This document shows, one piece after another, positions 29,818 through 39,286 of a stretch of DNA of 64,000 nucleotides. The stretch is taken from the sequence record PV245934.1; one strand, given 5' to 3'. A program made the translations under genes and the position numbers. The stretch's first letter is position 1; every line of letters starts with the position of its first letter. This stretch comes from Escherichia phage sutha. The notes beneath the pieces are model-generated. The model searched no databases. It saw only the letters and a list, made by a program, of their open reading frames with translations, and was not told the DNA's origin.

Positions 29818-30373
29818 ATTTTTCTAATAATAAATCGCTTTCAAAATTAGGATTTTCCACGAATTTATCAAAAAGATCATCAACGATAGTTAAGATATTC
29901 TTTTTACTAAGAATACGCTTATTTTCATATTTTGTTTCAGAGTCAACTATAAGAGTAAAGAAATATTTCTTTCCCTGAAATTTTACCGTAGTATCAATAT
30001 AGAACAAATTTGACTTTTGTAAATTACGTTTAAACCATGCGTCACTTAAACTATAAACGCCAAGATAATCATAATCGTCATTTAAATAACAAACTGTCCA
30101 TTCAGGAGAAATGAAATCAGTAAATTCAACATCAAAATCACACGTCAATGAATGAATTGATTCAATACTTTTAATGAGTATTCCAGGACGTATTAAAGAC
30201 TTTTTACCTCTACAAAATCTTCCAGAAAGACTTTCATCAGTTTCATATGAAGACCCCCAATAGTAATTACGTCCTTCTGCCATACGTTTAAGAGCATTTA
30301 ATAATTGATCTGGAACATCAACCTGTCTTTGGAACTCTTCAAACATTGAATTGAAATCACTTTGCATTTTCAT
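29765..30373 (-). CDS. hypothetical protein
   Basis: 202-aa ORF. Confidence 0.45.
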   Translation of the reverse strand: MKMQSDFNSMFEEFQRQVDVPDQLLNALKRMAEGRNYYWGSSYETDESLSGRFCRGKKSLIRPGILIKSIESIHSLTCDFDVEFTDFISPEWTVCYLNDDYDYLGVYSLSDAWFKRNLQKSNLFYIDTTVKFQGKKYFFTLIVDSETKYENKRILSKKNILTIVDDLFDKFVENPNFESDLLLEKFVKECREYVKAITIPSK

Positions 30374-30414
30374 TCCTATTTACTCCAAGTAATAGGGGCC
30401 GAAGCCCCTTATCA

Positions 30415-31008
30415 TTATTTCAGAGAATTAATGTATTCCTGAACATCGGCAGAGGTAGTTTCAACCCCGGAAATATTACCATTAAAGGTTTCAACTCGAG
30501 CAAGGGTATCTTCAATATCAACCTTAGTCAGTGCTGCAATTTCAACTACATCATCGGCAGTACTAATTCCAAGGGCATTTGCCGCACGAGTTTCACGGAT
30601 ATATTCCAATTTAACTGCAAGTTCTTGACGAGCATCATCTAACTCAACTACTTTCTTGGCGATTTCAATTCGCATTTCAGCATAACCATCAGCTTTAGTA
30701 GTCAACTGCTCAGCTGTTCGACGATATAGTAAACCGAGCTTAGCATGCATTGTTACATCTTGACCTTCGGAAAGAAGTTTGCGAATTTCACGCTCTTTTG
30801 ATTCGGCTTGTCGATTCTTTTCGATAACAAGTTCACGAATACGTTTTTCTTCATTAATAGATTTAACAGAAGCAGTTTTTAGGTCTTTAATTTTATCAAG
30901 AAGTTTTGCTGCTGCAGCAGTATACTGTTCTTCAACAGATAGATTTTTAGCCATAGCAGAACCAAGTTTAGTGCGAATAAACTCAACAATTTTCTTCAGT
31001 GTGTTCAT
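30415..31008 (-). CDS. coiled-coil protein
   Basis: 197 aa, heptad-rich throughout. Confidence 0.45.
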   Translation of the reverse strand: MNTLKKIVEFIRTKLGSAMAKNLSVEEQYTAAAAKLLDKIKDLKTASVKSINEEKRIRELVIEKNRQAESKEREIRKLLSEGQDVTMHAKLGLLYRRTAEQLTTKADGYAEMRIEIAKKVVELDDARQELAVKLEYIRETRAANALGISTADDVVEIAALTKVDIEDTLARVETFNGNISGVETTSADVQEYINSLK

Positions 31009-31051
31009 AGTATTTCCTTAGGTTGATTAAAAATTAAAATCTGTGGAAGAA

Positions 31052-31582
31052 TTATATCATGCTATTTAAGAGATGTAAACTATTTTTAATTTTACAAATT
31101 CGTTCAGCTTCTTCAACAGCGGCGGCGATAATGCTTTTAGCTATAGGAGTACTAATACTAGTAGCTTTTACACTTAACACGATTTCTTTATCTTTACCAG
31201 GCCAACCCCACGATTTTTCACCGTGAGTGCCTTTAATTACAGCAGACACCTCAAGTGAGCATCCATTATCATATGTTTTTACATTGACAACCCAAGGTTC
31301 ACTTTTCTCAATCGGTTTCTCAATCGGTTTATCCCAGTAAATATTAAGAATACGTGGGACATCAAATTTGGCAGGACAAATCTTAACTGTAAGACCTTCG
31401 CTTTCTAGCCAATTAATAAGAGGGCGTTCATACAGGAGACGATGTGGGCTTGGGATTCGACAAGCCTTATGTCCGTTGCTTGCGGCTTCACTAAGCTGTT
31501 CTAATACCTGCTTTTGCATTATTGATAAGATACCATCAAAAGATTTTTCGGAAGTTTCATTCAGTTCGGTATAAAGAGACAT
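31052..31582 (-). CDS. hypothetical protein
   Basis: 176-aa ORF. Confidence 0.45.
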   Translation of the reverse strand: MSLYTELNETSEKSFDGILSIMQKQVLEQLSEAASNGHKACRIPSPHRLLYERPLINWLESEGLTVKICPAKFDVPRILNIYWDKPIEKPIEKSEPWVVNVKTYDNGCSLEVSAVIKGTHGEKSWGWPGKDKEIVLSVKATSISTPIAKSIIAAAVEEAERICKIKNSLHLLNSMI

Positions 31583-31637
31583 AACAGTTTCCTCAAATTA
31601 TAGGCTCATAATATCTCAATCATGAGCCTATGTAAAC

Positions 31638-31901
31638 TTATTTCATATTATTAAAATATTCTTCTGCGATTTCGTCGTTATCATGGTAAACTTTAGAAGA
31701 CAGTTTAACATAACCTTCAGCAGTGAACATGTTAATCACAACCTTTACAGTATACCACTGACCATCTTCATTACCCATTACTGCGTAAGTTTCAAACATC
31801 GGATGATCAGGACCGATAACTTTAATATCATTCACTGTACGACCGAAATCTTCTGAAACGCATTTCATAAAGAAGTTGAACAGTTCGCCGTAATTATCCA
31901 T
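31638..31901 (-). CDS. hypothetical protein (start trimmed to MDNYGELF; track N-terminus overlaps an early promoter)
   Basis: Internal ATG preceded by GGAG Shine-Dalgarno; longer track ORF reads through the promoter. Confidence 0.45.
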   Translation of the reverse strand: MDNYGELFNFFMKCVSEDFGRTVNDIKVIGPDHPMFETYAVMGNEDGQWYTVKVVINMFTAEGYVKLSSKVYHDNDEIAEEYFNNMK

Positions 31902-31945
31902 TTCATTCTCCAAGTTGTTTTTCTGTATCAGTAGTTGATAGTTGT

Positions 31946-31975
31946 ATAGTACCATGGAAGAACGGGGATGTAAAC
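31946..31975 (-). promoter_or_regulatory. early promoter
   Basis: GTTTAC, 18 nt, TACTAT in conserved block. Confidence 0.5.
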
Positions 31976-32108
31976 CGTTTTGTGAAAAAATTTTTTAAAA
32001 AGTTTTAGGGAATTCTAGGGCAGGGATGGGCAATTAAAGGATAGGATAATATATTATAAAGGGTATAAACTAAATGATGCCTAGAGAGGTCCAGAAAGGC
32101 CTAGATAT

Positions 32109-32139
32109 CAAAAAGCCCCAACCTTTCGGTCGGGGCTAA
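32109..32139 (-). terminator. rho-independent terminator, copy A of 30-bp direct repeat
   Basis: GC hairpin (ccccaacc/ggtcgggg region) followed by U-run on minus strand; identical copy at 32666..32696. Confidence 0.55.
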
Positions 32140-32143
32140 AATG

Positions 32144-32617
32144 TTATTTGATTTGTTTAGCAGACCAAATGCGGTCTTTAATAATTTTTTGGATGTCTTC
32201 AACATACTCTAGGTCATGAGCATGTGGGTTGTCTTTGAAACTATAAGCACGGGCTAACTTTTGGCCTTCGGTTTTGATTACTAAAAGCTCTTTAAGGATA
32301 GCTTCATATTTAGCGATAATTCCTTTAACAATATTTTTTTCTTGTGCAGCTTTAGGATCTGCTTTAGGAGCAGGTTTACCGGAAGGTTTTTCGAAAGCCG
32401 CACCAGTAGCAACCAGGCTTTTCCAGGCGGTGGTAACATAGTTACCCACAAAGCCTTCAGCTCTCATATCGTCGTAGAACTTGTACCGGGATTCATCAGA
32501 AGCATCTTTATAAGAATATTTACCAGCTTTAATAGCAGCAGTTGCTACAGCGCGAACATCTGAAGCGGATGCTTCATTTAACGCCACTTCATTTAAAAAT
32601 TGAGCATATGATTTCAT
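32144..32617 (-). CDS. head internal protein-like, with capsid targeting sequence
   Basis: N-terminal MKSYAQFLNEVA leader; TATAAATA late promoter about 40 nt upstream; flanked by identical terminator repeats. Confidence 0.6.
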   Translation of the reverse strand: MKSYAQFLNEVALNEASASDVRAVATAAIKAGKYSYKDASDESRYKFYDDMRAEGFVGNYVTTAWKSLVATGAAFEKPSGKPAPKADPKAAQEKNIVKGIIAKYEAILKELLVIKTEGQKLARAYSFKDNPHAHDLEYVEDIQKIIKDRIWSAKQIK

Positions 32618-32656
32618 CTTATTTCCTGTTTTAATTCGTGATTTAATATACTACTA

Positions 32657-32664
32657 TATTTATA
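32657..32664 (-). promoter_or_regulatory. late promoter (TATAAATA) upstream of CTS internal-protein gene
   Basis: tatttata on plus about 40 nt upstream of start at 32617. Confidence 0.5.
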
Positions 32665-32665
32665 C

Positions 32666-32696
32666 CAAAAAGCCCCAACCTTTCGGTCGGGGCTAA
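32666..32696 (-). terminator. rho-independent terminator, copy B of 30-bp direct repeat
   Basis: Identical to copy A. Confidence 0.55.
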
Positions 32697-32745
32697 GCCT
32701 TGCGGCAACCTTGTCGGGGTTCCACCTGCTAAGGCAAGTGTTTGT

Positions 32746-32837
32746 ACGAAACGCCGGGATTCGAACCCGGTTATTAAGCAGTTGACGCTACTCAATATTT
32801 TTAAAAGGCCATATCTCGACCATATCCGAACGTTCCG
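32746..32837 (-). ncRNA. tRNA-like structured RNA (possible stable small RNA or degenerate tRNA)
   Basis: T-arm-like CCGGG-TTCGAAT-CCCGG with pairable acceptor ends; no clean anticodon arm. Confidence 0.3.
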
Positions 32838-32978
32838 TCAAAAACGCTACTCGGCTTACGGCAAAGATATTTCCTCGAATCGATAATTCGGTGCGCCGTT
32901 TCAGCTGTGATAGTAAAGAACCAGAACACAGTAAAACTGTGGGAGGAACTATACTCCAGGGAACATCAGTCCGACGAC

Positions 32979-33533
32979 TTACCGGTAGCGACCCGGTTTC
33001 TCATTTGGTATTTCAAATTGTGTAGATTTAGTATCTAATTTTTTAACTATGGAACTTATGTCATGAAAGAAAAACCATTCACTATTTATATGGTCCTGAT
33101 TATAAATGCTGTGCATATATTTTTCAAGTTCTACTGCATCCTGGGAATATCTAAATGATACTATTTTAAAACTTTTAAACGGTGAAAATGTATTTGCTGT
33201 TATAACTCTAACATCAGGTTCTATACTTCTTCCTATTTTATAATAATTAGGATTTGTAGTATCTACCATTATGTATACGAAAGCCTGTCGATAGCTTTTT
33301 TCTATATCAAATTCATCTTTAAATTTCAAAAGATTTAGGGCGGCAGTCCTACAAAATACTTTCCATTTTGACAAGCGTTTGGCTTTAGTCATAGAAAAGA
33401 ATTTTTTCTTATCTGTTATTTTAAGAAAAGCAACATTTTCAATTAGTTCTTGTGTTATTTCAAAATTACCATGGTATATTAATCCAGCTTTTATAGCCAA
33501 ATTAATTTGGTCCCAGTCTACATCACTTCTCAT
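32979..33533 (-). CDS. hypothetical protein inside the tRNA region (weak GIY-YIG/T5orf172-like motif)
   Basis: 184 aa; NYYKIGRS motif mid-protein; between tRNA-like RNA and tRNA-Arg. Confidence 0.45.
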   Translation of the reverse strand: MRSDVDWDQINLAIKAGLIYHGNFEITQELIENVAFLKITDKKKFFSMTKAKRLSKWKVFCRTAALNLLKFKDEFDIEKSYRQAFVYIMVDTTNPNYYKIGRSIEPDVRVITANTFSPFKSFKIVSFRYSQDAVELEKYMHSIYNQDHINSEWFFFHDISSIVKKLDTKSTQFEIPNEKPGRYR

Positions 33534-33554
33534 AATATTATTCTCTCAATAATT

Positions 33555-33631
33555 TGGCCAGGGTGAAAGGATTCTAACCTTTAACCTGCGGTTTAGAGGA
33601 CCGCTACTCTATACAATTGAGTTACACCCCG
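33555..33631 (-). tRNA. tRNA-Arg (anticodon UCU)
   Basis: Manual cloverleaf: acceptor CGGGGTG/CACCCTG, T-arm AAAGG-TTAGAAT-CCTTT, anticodon loop CCUCUAA, encoded CCA. Confidence 0.75.
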
Positions 33632-33757
33632 TAATTAGTTCACAGCAATACCTACTCCAACAATCAAGATGTCTTCACACGAAATTAAGAGAAGAGTGAT
33701 CAGTTCAACCCCTATAACCGCGTCAAGTAGATATTAATGTGACAATTGTCACAAATT

Positions 33758-33832
33758 TGGCGGACGTGATAGGATTCGAACCTATAACCAATCGCTTAAC
33801 AGGCGATCGCTCTGCCATTGAGCTACACATCC
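33758..33832 (-). tRNA. tRNA-Asn (anticodon GUU)
   Basis: Clean cloverleaf: D-arm GCTC-AATGGCA-GAGC, anticodon arm ATCGC-CUGUUAA-GCGAT, T-arm ATAGG-TTCGAAT-CCTAT, encoded CCA. Confidence 0.75.
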
Positions 33833-33836
33833 AAAT

Positions 33837-33923
33837 TGGTGGGGAGTGGTGGAGTCGAACCACCCGAGTCGCAATGACAATGGATTTACAGTCCACACCG
33901 CTACCTCTACGGGATAACTCCCC
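33837..33923 (-). tRNA. tRNA-Tyr (anticodon GUA), long variable arm
   Basis: 87 nt; anticodon loop CUGUAAA; T-arm GTGG-TTCGACT-CCAC; acceptor GGGGAGT/ACTCCCC; encoded CCA. Confidence 0.7.
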
Positions 33924-33932
33924 TAATTAATT

Positions 33933-34009
33933 TGGTGACCCAGACCAGATTTGAACTGATAACCTTTCCCTTATGAGGGGACTGCTGCTAACCATTGAGC
34001 TACAGGGCC
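33933..34009 (-). tRNA. tRNA with CAU anticodon (Met or Ile2)
   Basis: Anticodon loop CUCAUAA; T-arm ATCAG-TTCAAAT-CTGGT; imperfect acceptor and D stems; encoded CCA. Confidence 0.6.
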
Positions 34010-34010
34010 T

Positions 34011-34086
34011 TGGTGCTGATTGACGGAATCGAACCGCCGACGTCCTCATTACAAGTGAGGTGCTCTACCTACTGAGCTAAATCAGC
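34011..34086 (-). tRNA. tRNA-Thr (anticodon UGU)
   Basis: Acceptor GCTGATT/AATCAGC, D-arm GCTC-AGTAGGTA-GAGC, anticodon loop CUUGUAA, T-arm GGCGG-TTCGATT-CCGTC, CCA. Confidence 0.8.
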
Positions 34087-34091
34087 AAAAC

Positions 34092-34181
34092 TGGCGGAGG
34101 CGATAGGATTTGAACCTATGAGTCGCCGGAGCGACTGCCGGTTTTCAAGACCGGTGCATTAAACCACTCTGCCACGCCTCC
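34092..34181 (-). tRNA. tRNA-Ser (anticodon UGA), long variable arm
   Basis: 90 nt; anticodon arm CCGGT-CUUGAAA-ACCGG; T-arm ATAGG-TTCAAAT-CCTAT; CCA. Confidence 0.8.
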
Positions 34182-34183
34182 AG

Positions 34184-34257
34184 TCTCCGCGGCAGGATTT
34201 GAACCTGCGACATTCTGCTCCCAAAGCAGACGCTCTACCAAACTGAGCTACACGGAG
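34184..34257 (-). tRNA. tRNA-Pro (anticodon UGG)
   Basis: Anticodon arm TCTGC-UUUGGGA-GCAGA; T-arm GCAGG-TTCAAAT-CCTGC; CCA not encoded. Confidence 0.8.
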
Positions 34258-34267
34258 TAAATTAAAT

Positions 34268-34341
<74 letters not shown>

Positions 34342-34346
34342 AAATT

Positions 34347-34433
34347 TGGTGCGAGAAGTGGGACTCGAACCCACAAGGAAATCATTCCGCAGCATTTTAA
34401 GTGCTGTGCCTTTACCAATTTGACCATTCTCGC
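34347..34433 (-). tRNA. tRNA-Leu (anticodon UAA), long variable arm
   Basis: 87 nt; anticodon arm CAGCA-CUUAAAA-TGCTG; T-arm GTGGG-TTCGAGT-CCCAC; CCA. Confidence 0.8.
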
Positions 34434-34434
34434 G

Positions 34435-34507
34435 CTGGGAATAAAGGACTCGAACCTTTGCATCTAGCAGTCAAAGTGCTATGCCTTACCAACTTGGCTA
34501 ATTCCCA
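34435..34507 (-). tRNA. tRNA-Gln (anticodon UUG)
   Basis: Acceptor TGGGAAT/ATTCCCA, anticodon arm TAGCA-CUUUGAC-TGCTA, T-arm AAAGG-TTCGAGT-CCTTT; CCA not encoded. Confidence 0.8.
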
Positions 34508-34604
34508 ATTATTAACAAAGGCTCTCAAGCAAGAACCCTTGATGATAGAGGGTATTAATCAGTGCGATATGAGTTAATAATAACAAATAATTCTTAAAGC
34601 ATAT

Positions 34605-34898
34605 TTACCATTTATGATAATACATGTTTACGATGCATTCAAGACCCAAAGGATTCTTGAAAATATCATATTCAAGAGGACCTTTTTCTGTTTCAATAAA
34701 GAAATCAAAGTTAACTGTGTTAAATTTACGGTCTTCCTTAACTAATTTAACCTGAGAAGATGAACGGTCAATATAAACCTTTTCAACTTCAAAGTATGTT
34801 AAAATGCCATAATCATCAATCAAGGCTTTAGCCGCGTCTTGATCATATTTATATCCATTTTCAATGGATGATACTTTCGCGTAAAGAATCATTATCAA
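34605..34898 (-). CDS. hypothetical protein
   Basis: 97-aa ORF. Confidence 0.4.
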   Translation of the reverse strand: MIMILYAKVSSIENGYKYDQDAAKALIDDYGILTYFEVEKVYIDRSSSQVKLVKEDRKFNTVNFDFFIETEKGPLEYDIFKNPLGLECIVNMYYHKW

Positions 34899-35314
34899 CC
34901 TTCATCAACAATAGTATGCGTATTGGCATTTACAATTTGCCACCAATCAAAGCGATTAGAACCATACATCAGTTTGTTTTCATTTTCTTTGATAATATCA
35001 CGGAGTTCATCTTCAGTGGCGGCTTTCGCGATTAAATCAGCATATCCACCACGAGGATAATAATTATCACCTGCAAAAAGTAAAAAGTTTGGTTTAATGT
35101 TATTGAACTCTTCAAGAGTAATAACTTTTCCTGACGGTTGAACAATCTCTACATATTTATATCCCAATTTTTGAGCAGCATCTACTGCTTCAAGCAAAGT
35201 ATCATGAGCCCATCCAATTTGACAACCTGGCTTTTCAGATGGATTAGCCTGATAATCCGCATACACTTTGTACATTCTATTCACCTTTAGAAATTTTATC
35301 CATAACGATAGCAA
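34895..35314 (-). CDS. hypothetical protein
   Basis: 139-aa ORF. Confidence 0.45.
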   Translation of the reverse strand: MLSLWIKFLKVNRMYKVYADYQANPSEKPGCQIGWAHDTLLEAVDAAQKLGYKYVEIVQPSGKVITLEEFNNIKPNFLLFAGDNYYPRGGYADLIAKAATEDELRDIIKENENKLMYGSNRFDWWQIVNANTHTIVDEG

Positions 35315-35462
35315 TTAAACCAATTAAAAATGCTACTACAAGTGAAAACACATTTTCTGCTGTAGTTAATAATCCGCATATAAATCCAACAAACATTGAA
35401 AAACTAAAAGCGGAAGCAGAAATTGCAATAGCAACATTTCGAATTAATTCACAACGTTTCAT
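35277..35462 (-). CDS. small membrane protein
   Basis: 61 aa, mostly hydrophobic; palindromic early promoter upstream. Confidence 0.4.
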   Translation of the reverse strand: MKRCELIRNVAIAISASAFSFSMFVGFICGLLTTAENVFSLVVAFLIGLIAIVMDKISKGE

Positions 35463-35481
35463 TTTATTCTCCTCAGTAGTT

Positions 35482-35520
35482 GATAGGGTAATAATATCAC
35501 TACCCTATCTAAAAGTAAAC
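35482..35520 (-). promoter_or_regulatory. early promoter embedded in 9-bp perfect inverted repeat
   Basis: gatagggta ataatatcac taccctatc, then GTTTAC -35. Confidence 0.5.
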
Positions 35521-35793
35521 TCATTTTAAATAAATTGCGTATTTTTTATAGCCACCAGGCTCGTGTCGAAGACCCTTATCATTAGCAAAACGCTCAATGT
35601 TGTTAATTTGATTCTGGTCAAGTTCAGAGATGTCAAACACGAAATAGTTACGTTTGTTACCAACTGTTACATAGTCAGTTAAATCAATACCATATAGGTA
35701 ATTGATGTTATCAATCATAGTCTTGACAGCTTTGCTAATTTTTACTTCTTCATTAAGAGCAGATTCAACGATAAACTCTTTAAATGTTTTCAT
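35521..35793 (-). CDS. head internal protein with capsid targeting sequence (ipI-locus position)
   Basis: N-terminal MKTFKEFIVESA leader; immediately downstream of 57B; palindromic early promoter upstream. Confidence 0.6.
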   Translation of the reverse strand: MKTFKEFIVESALNEEVKISKAVKTMIDNINYLYGIDLTDYVTVGNKRNYFVFDISELDQNQINNIERFANDKGLRHEPGGYKKYAIYLK

Positions 35794-35813
35794 TTTATTT
35801 TCCTAATTAATTT

Positions 35814-35853
35814 TGATGAGGTAATAGTATCACTACCTCATCAGTATGTAAAC
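35814..35853 (-). promoter_or_regulatory. early promoter embedded in 10-bp perfect inverted repeat
   Basis: tgatgaggta atagtatcac tacctcatca, then GTTTAC -35; upstream of ipI-locus gene. Confidence 0.5.
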
Positions 35854-35865
35854 AACTTTGTGAAA

Positions 35866-36562
<697 letters not shown>

Positions 36563-36563
<1 letters not shown>

Positions 36564-37276
36564 TATAGTACCTTTAGTGTATTTTTAATTTTAGAAAAAA
36601 GTTCTTCAAGAGAACCATCGTTTGTAATTACTAAATCGCCATCACGAATTGGCAATCCAGCTTCTGTAATATGTGTATCATTGGATTTTTGACCAGGACG
36701 AACTACATGAATTACTGTAGCACCCATCGCCCTAGCCGCATCCATTTCATGATCTTGACGAGTATCAGGAACGATATAGTAATCATAGCCTGAGTTAAAT
36801 TTATCAAGATAATCTAAAGCAAATAATTTTACCCAATACATGCGGTCGAAGTTATTAACAATCAAATCCGTACCTAGGGCTTGCATCAGACGACGGACTG
36901 ACCATTGATCTTCAATATTATTTATAACGTCAGCAATCTTGTTAAATGCTACGAAATTAACTGCGTCATCAAAAACAAACACACCTTTAATTGGGCTTTT
37001 ACTATTAAGATAGCAAAATGCTTGTTCCATAATCGTAATTACTTCTAATTTAGTCAGATTTAAATTAGTTTCACGATCATAGTCAATTCCTTCAAACTCT
37101 TTACGAGTTAAGCAAGGATAGTCAGTGTTTGCTGCAAATACACCCCATGCATAAGCCAATGCATCCTTAATAGGACCAGCAAGTTGATATTTAACTGCAG
37201 AATAATTATTCATAATAAAATCTGCAGTAGTATCTTTTCCACTACGCTTTACACCACTTAAAAAGATTAATTTCAT
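36563..37276 (-). CDS. 1: deoxynucleoside monophosphate kinase
   Basis: P-loop GVKRSGKDT; 237 aa between 57A and gene 3. Confidence 0.9.
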
Positions 37277-37325
37277 ATGTTTCTCCTCAAATTTAGTTAA
37301 GATTATAACACATGAAACTGAAGCA

Positions 37326-37856
37326 TTAAACTTTTGCTATAATTTTTCCATCTTTTTCTACTTGAAAATACGTATAAGGAATCGTTGCTGTGCATACTAA
37401 GGCTGGGTCTGAATCTTCTGTGTAGCTAAATTCTACTTCAGACAGGTCAGAAACCCAGGGCTTATAAAAATTTATTGACATCACGATTTCAGTTTTACTA
37501 TTATCTAAAATGTAAAGCGTAATGTATTCAGGACCTGTTTTTTGGGCAGTATTTTCGCCTGTAAGATAGTTACTAGTTCCTAGCATCCATTCATACATTC
37601 CTATCCATGACTTAAGCTCTTCATCAACTATAAATCTCACGATGAGTGGGTCGTACTCAAATGTAACACCTGGACGTTGTGCTCGGCCTAGTCCAAACGG
37701 CCCAGTCACGGTATCAGTAACAGGTATCCTAATTCCTGGAATAGGAACTGACTGAGCATTTAAAGTAAAAGCAGATGTAGTATTACTATGCGGTATTGAT
37801 ACTACAAAGTTAGTTGTATTTGCTTGGTTAAAAATTTGTTGCAATGCTTGCGACAT
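37326..37856 (-). CDS. 3: tail completion / sheath stabilizer gp3
   Basis: 176 aa from MSQALQQIF; track ORF over-extended upstream. Confidence 0.85.
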   Translation of the reverse strand: MSQALQQIFNQANTTNFVVSIPHSNTTSAFTLNAQSVPIPGIRIPVTDTVTGPFGLGRAQRPGVTFEYDPLIVRFIVDEELKSWIGMYEWMLGTSNYLTGENTAQKTGPEYITLYILDNSKTEIVMSINFYKPWVSDLSEVEFSYTEDSDPALVCTATIPYTYFQVEKDGKIIAKV

Positions 37857-37962
37857 ATATTCCTCATAATGCTTCATAAATGTTGGTGGTATAATGGGTC
37901 TAAGTCCCTTCCATTCAATTCCAATTAGAACAAACAATAGAAAAGAATGGAAGATAATAGAA

Positions 37963-38787
37963 TTAGATATTTGACCAGACTTTGTTTGCAGAGAAACGTT
38001 TTCCTTTTGAAACGAACTGCTGAAGTGGCATTAACACAACGTTCGCCCAGTCTTTCGGGGCGATTTCAACAAGGCTACCCATAATATTACCAGGTATATA
38101 TGCCTTAATCATTTGGTCTGCACCCCTAAATCCTTTCACTTGACTCCAATCAATTTTTAATTTCGTTTTATTAGTAATAGTAGGTGTATTCGAATATTGC
38201 TTTAAAAGCTCTTCTAGAAATTGCTGACGAGCTTTAGGTGGAATATAGTGCAAGTTCAATCCGTACATTAAATTATGTTTACCTAAACCGAGGTAAATTA
38301 TCAAAGGAAATTTATCCCAGTAAGGAAGAGTTTCTTTGTGTTTAGCATCGTAAGCAAAAGCATATATTCGTCCCGGCTGCGGGCGAACAACTTTATGTCC
38401 TTTTACCTGCTTAATAGTTTCAGCAAACCACTTTCTGGTTTTATTATTAATTGCTGCACCTTCATTACGAATTTTATCGCGCAATGTTTGTCTGAATGAA
38501 TTTATCATAAGCAGTTGTCTTTCTTGCTTATTGAGTTTATTCATTGGTTTTGATTCAAGCTTTTGAATCTTTTCAGCCGTTTTAATTCCTGAAGCATATT
38601 TTGACATTGCCGAAGTAAACGTAGAGTATTTGATTCCTCTTTCTTCAGCAAATTGCTTTCCTGTCATTCCTTTTGCTTTGGCCTTTCTGTATTCAAGACC
38701 TATTTGAATCCATTTCTTTTCGTTTAATGATTGCTTAACCTTTGGAACTTGGGGAGTGCTTTCATTAATTATTTGAAAAATAGCCAT
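37963..38787 (-). CDS. 2: DNA end protector gp2
   Basis: 274 aa, basic; between genes 3 and 4. Confidence 0.9.
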   Translation of the reverse strand: MAIFQIINESTPQVPKVKQSLNEKKWIQIGLEYRKAKAKGMTGKQFAEERGIKYSTFTSAMSKYASGIKTAEKIQKLESKPMNKLNKQERQLLMINSFRQTLRDKIRNEGAAINNKTRKWFAETIKQVKGHKVVRPQPGRIYAFAYDAKHKETLPYWDKFPLIIYLGLGKHNLMYGLNLHYIPPKARQQFLEELLKQYSNTPTITNKTKLKIDWSQVKGFRGADQMIKAYIPGNIMGSLVEIAPKDWANVVLMPLQQFVSKGKRFSANKVWSNI

Positions 38788-39239
38788 TATGCCCCCTTAA
38801 AGCCAAGAGCTCTTAATCCATCTTCTGTTAGAATTCTAAATTTTATTCCACGCTTTTCAGCTAAAGCTTGAGCTGCTTTCCATTTGTCAGTATTAACGGA
38901 ATATGTATAAATTTCATTCATAAATCTTTTCTTCGCTGCAGTTGTTAGATGTGCTGGTTTAACTGGTGGTTGTGTTTCTTTTTTAGGTTTTATTTCAATA
39001 AAAAATTCTTGCCCAGAAGAATCTTTCATCCAAATATCCATGAAGTATCTACGTTTTTTCCCTTCTGCATTACAAAAATAAGGAATTACTGCTGTTTCAC
39101 TACCCCATGCAATAATTTCTGGATTTTTATCTAACCATTCAAAAAAGAATTTTTCCCAATTTGATCTATACGTAATTTTTTTAGGGTCACCTCTATATTT
39201 TGATATATTTTTAGGAACCCATTTTCCAGAATATGCCAT
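38787..39239 (-). CDS. 4: head completion protein gp4
   Basis: 150 aa; divergent from gene 53 across a late-promoter region. Confidence 0.9.
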   Translation of the reverse strand: MAYSGKWVPKNISKYRGDPKKITYRSNWEKFFFEWLDKNPEIIAWGSETAVIPYFCNAEGKKRRYFMDIWMKDSSGQEFFIEIKPKKETQPPVKPAHLTTAAKKRFMNEIYTYSVNTDKWKAAQALAEKRGIKFRILTEDGLRALGFKGA

Positions 39240-39250
39240 TGGATTCTCCT

Positions 39251-39258
39251 TATAAATA
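39251..39258 (+). promoter_or_regulatory. late promoter (TATAAATA) for gene 53 operon
   Basis: Exact TATAAATA 29 nt upstream of gp53 ATG. Confidence 0.65.
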
Positions 39259-39265
39259 GATAATA

Positions 39266-39273
39266 TATTTATA
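39266..39273 (-). promoter_or_regulatory. late promoter (TATAAATA) for genes 4/2, divergent from the gene 53 promoter
   Basis: tatttata on plus, about 27 nt upstream of gp4 start. Confidence 0.55.
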
Positions 39274-39286
39274 AACAGGAGGGCCC

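Noticed and set aside
30395-30408. Hairpin ggggcc-gaag-cccc as a terminator
   Set aside because: No U-run on the transcribed (minus) strand; kept out of the terminator list.
31902-31955. N-terminal extension of track ORF 31638..31955
   Set aside because: The extension is translated from the conserved early-promoter block (gatagttgtatagtacca); an internal ATG with GGAG is the more plausible start. Several other track ORFs likewise start at TTG/GTG inside promoters.
33741-33754. Palindrome gtgacaattgtcac between tRNA-Arg and tRNA-Asn
   Set aside because: Short and isolated; it could be an RNA-processing hairpin but there is not enough evidence to call a feature.
33739-33930. 63-aa plus-strand ORF (and similar 34267..34467)
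   Set aside because: Lies across tRNA genes on the opposite strand; the tRNA cloverleaves explain the sequence.
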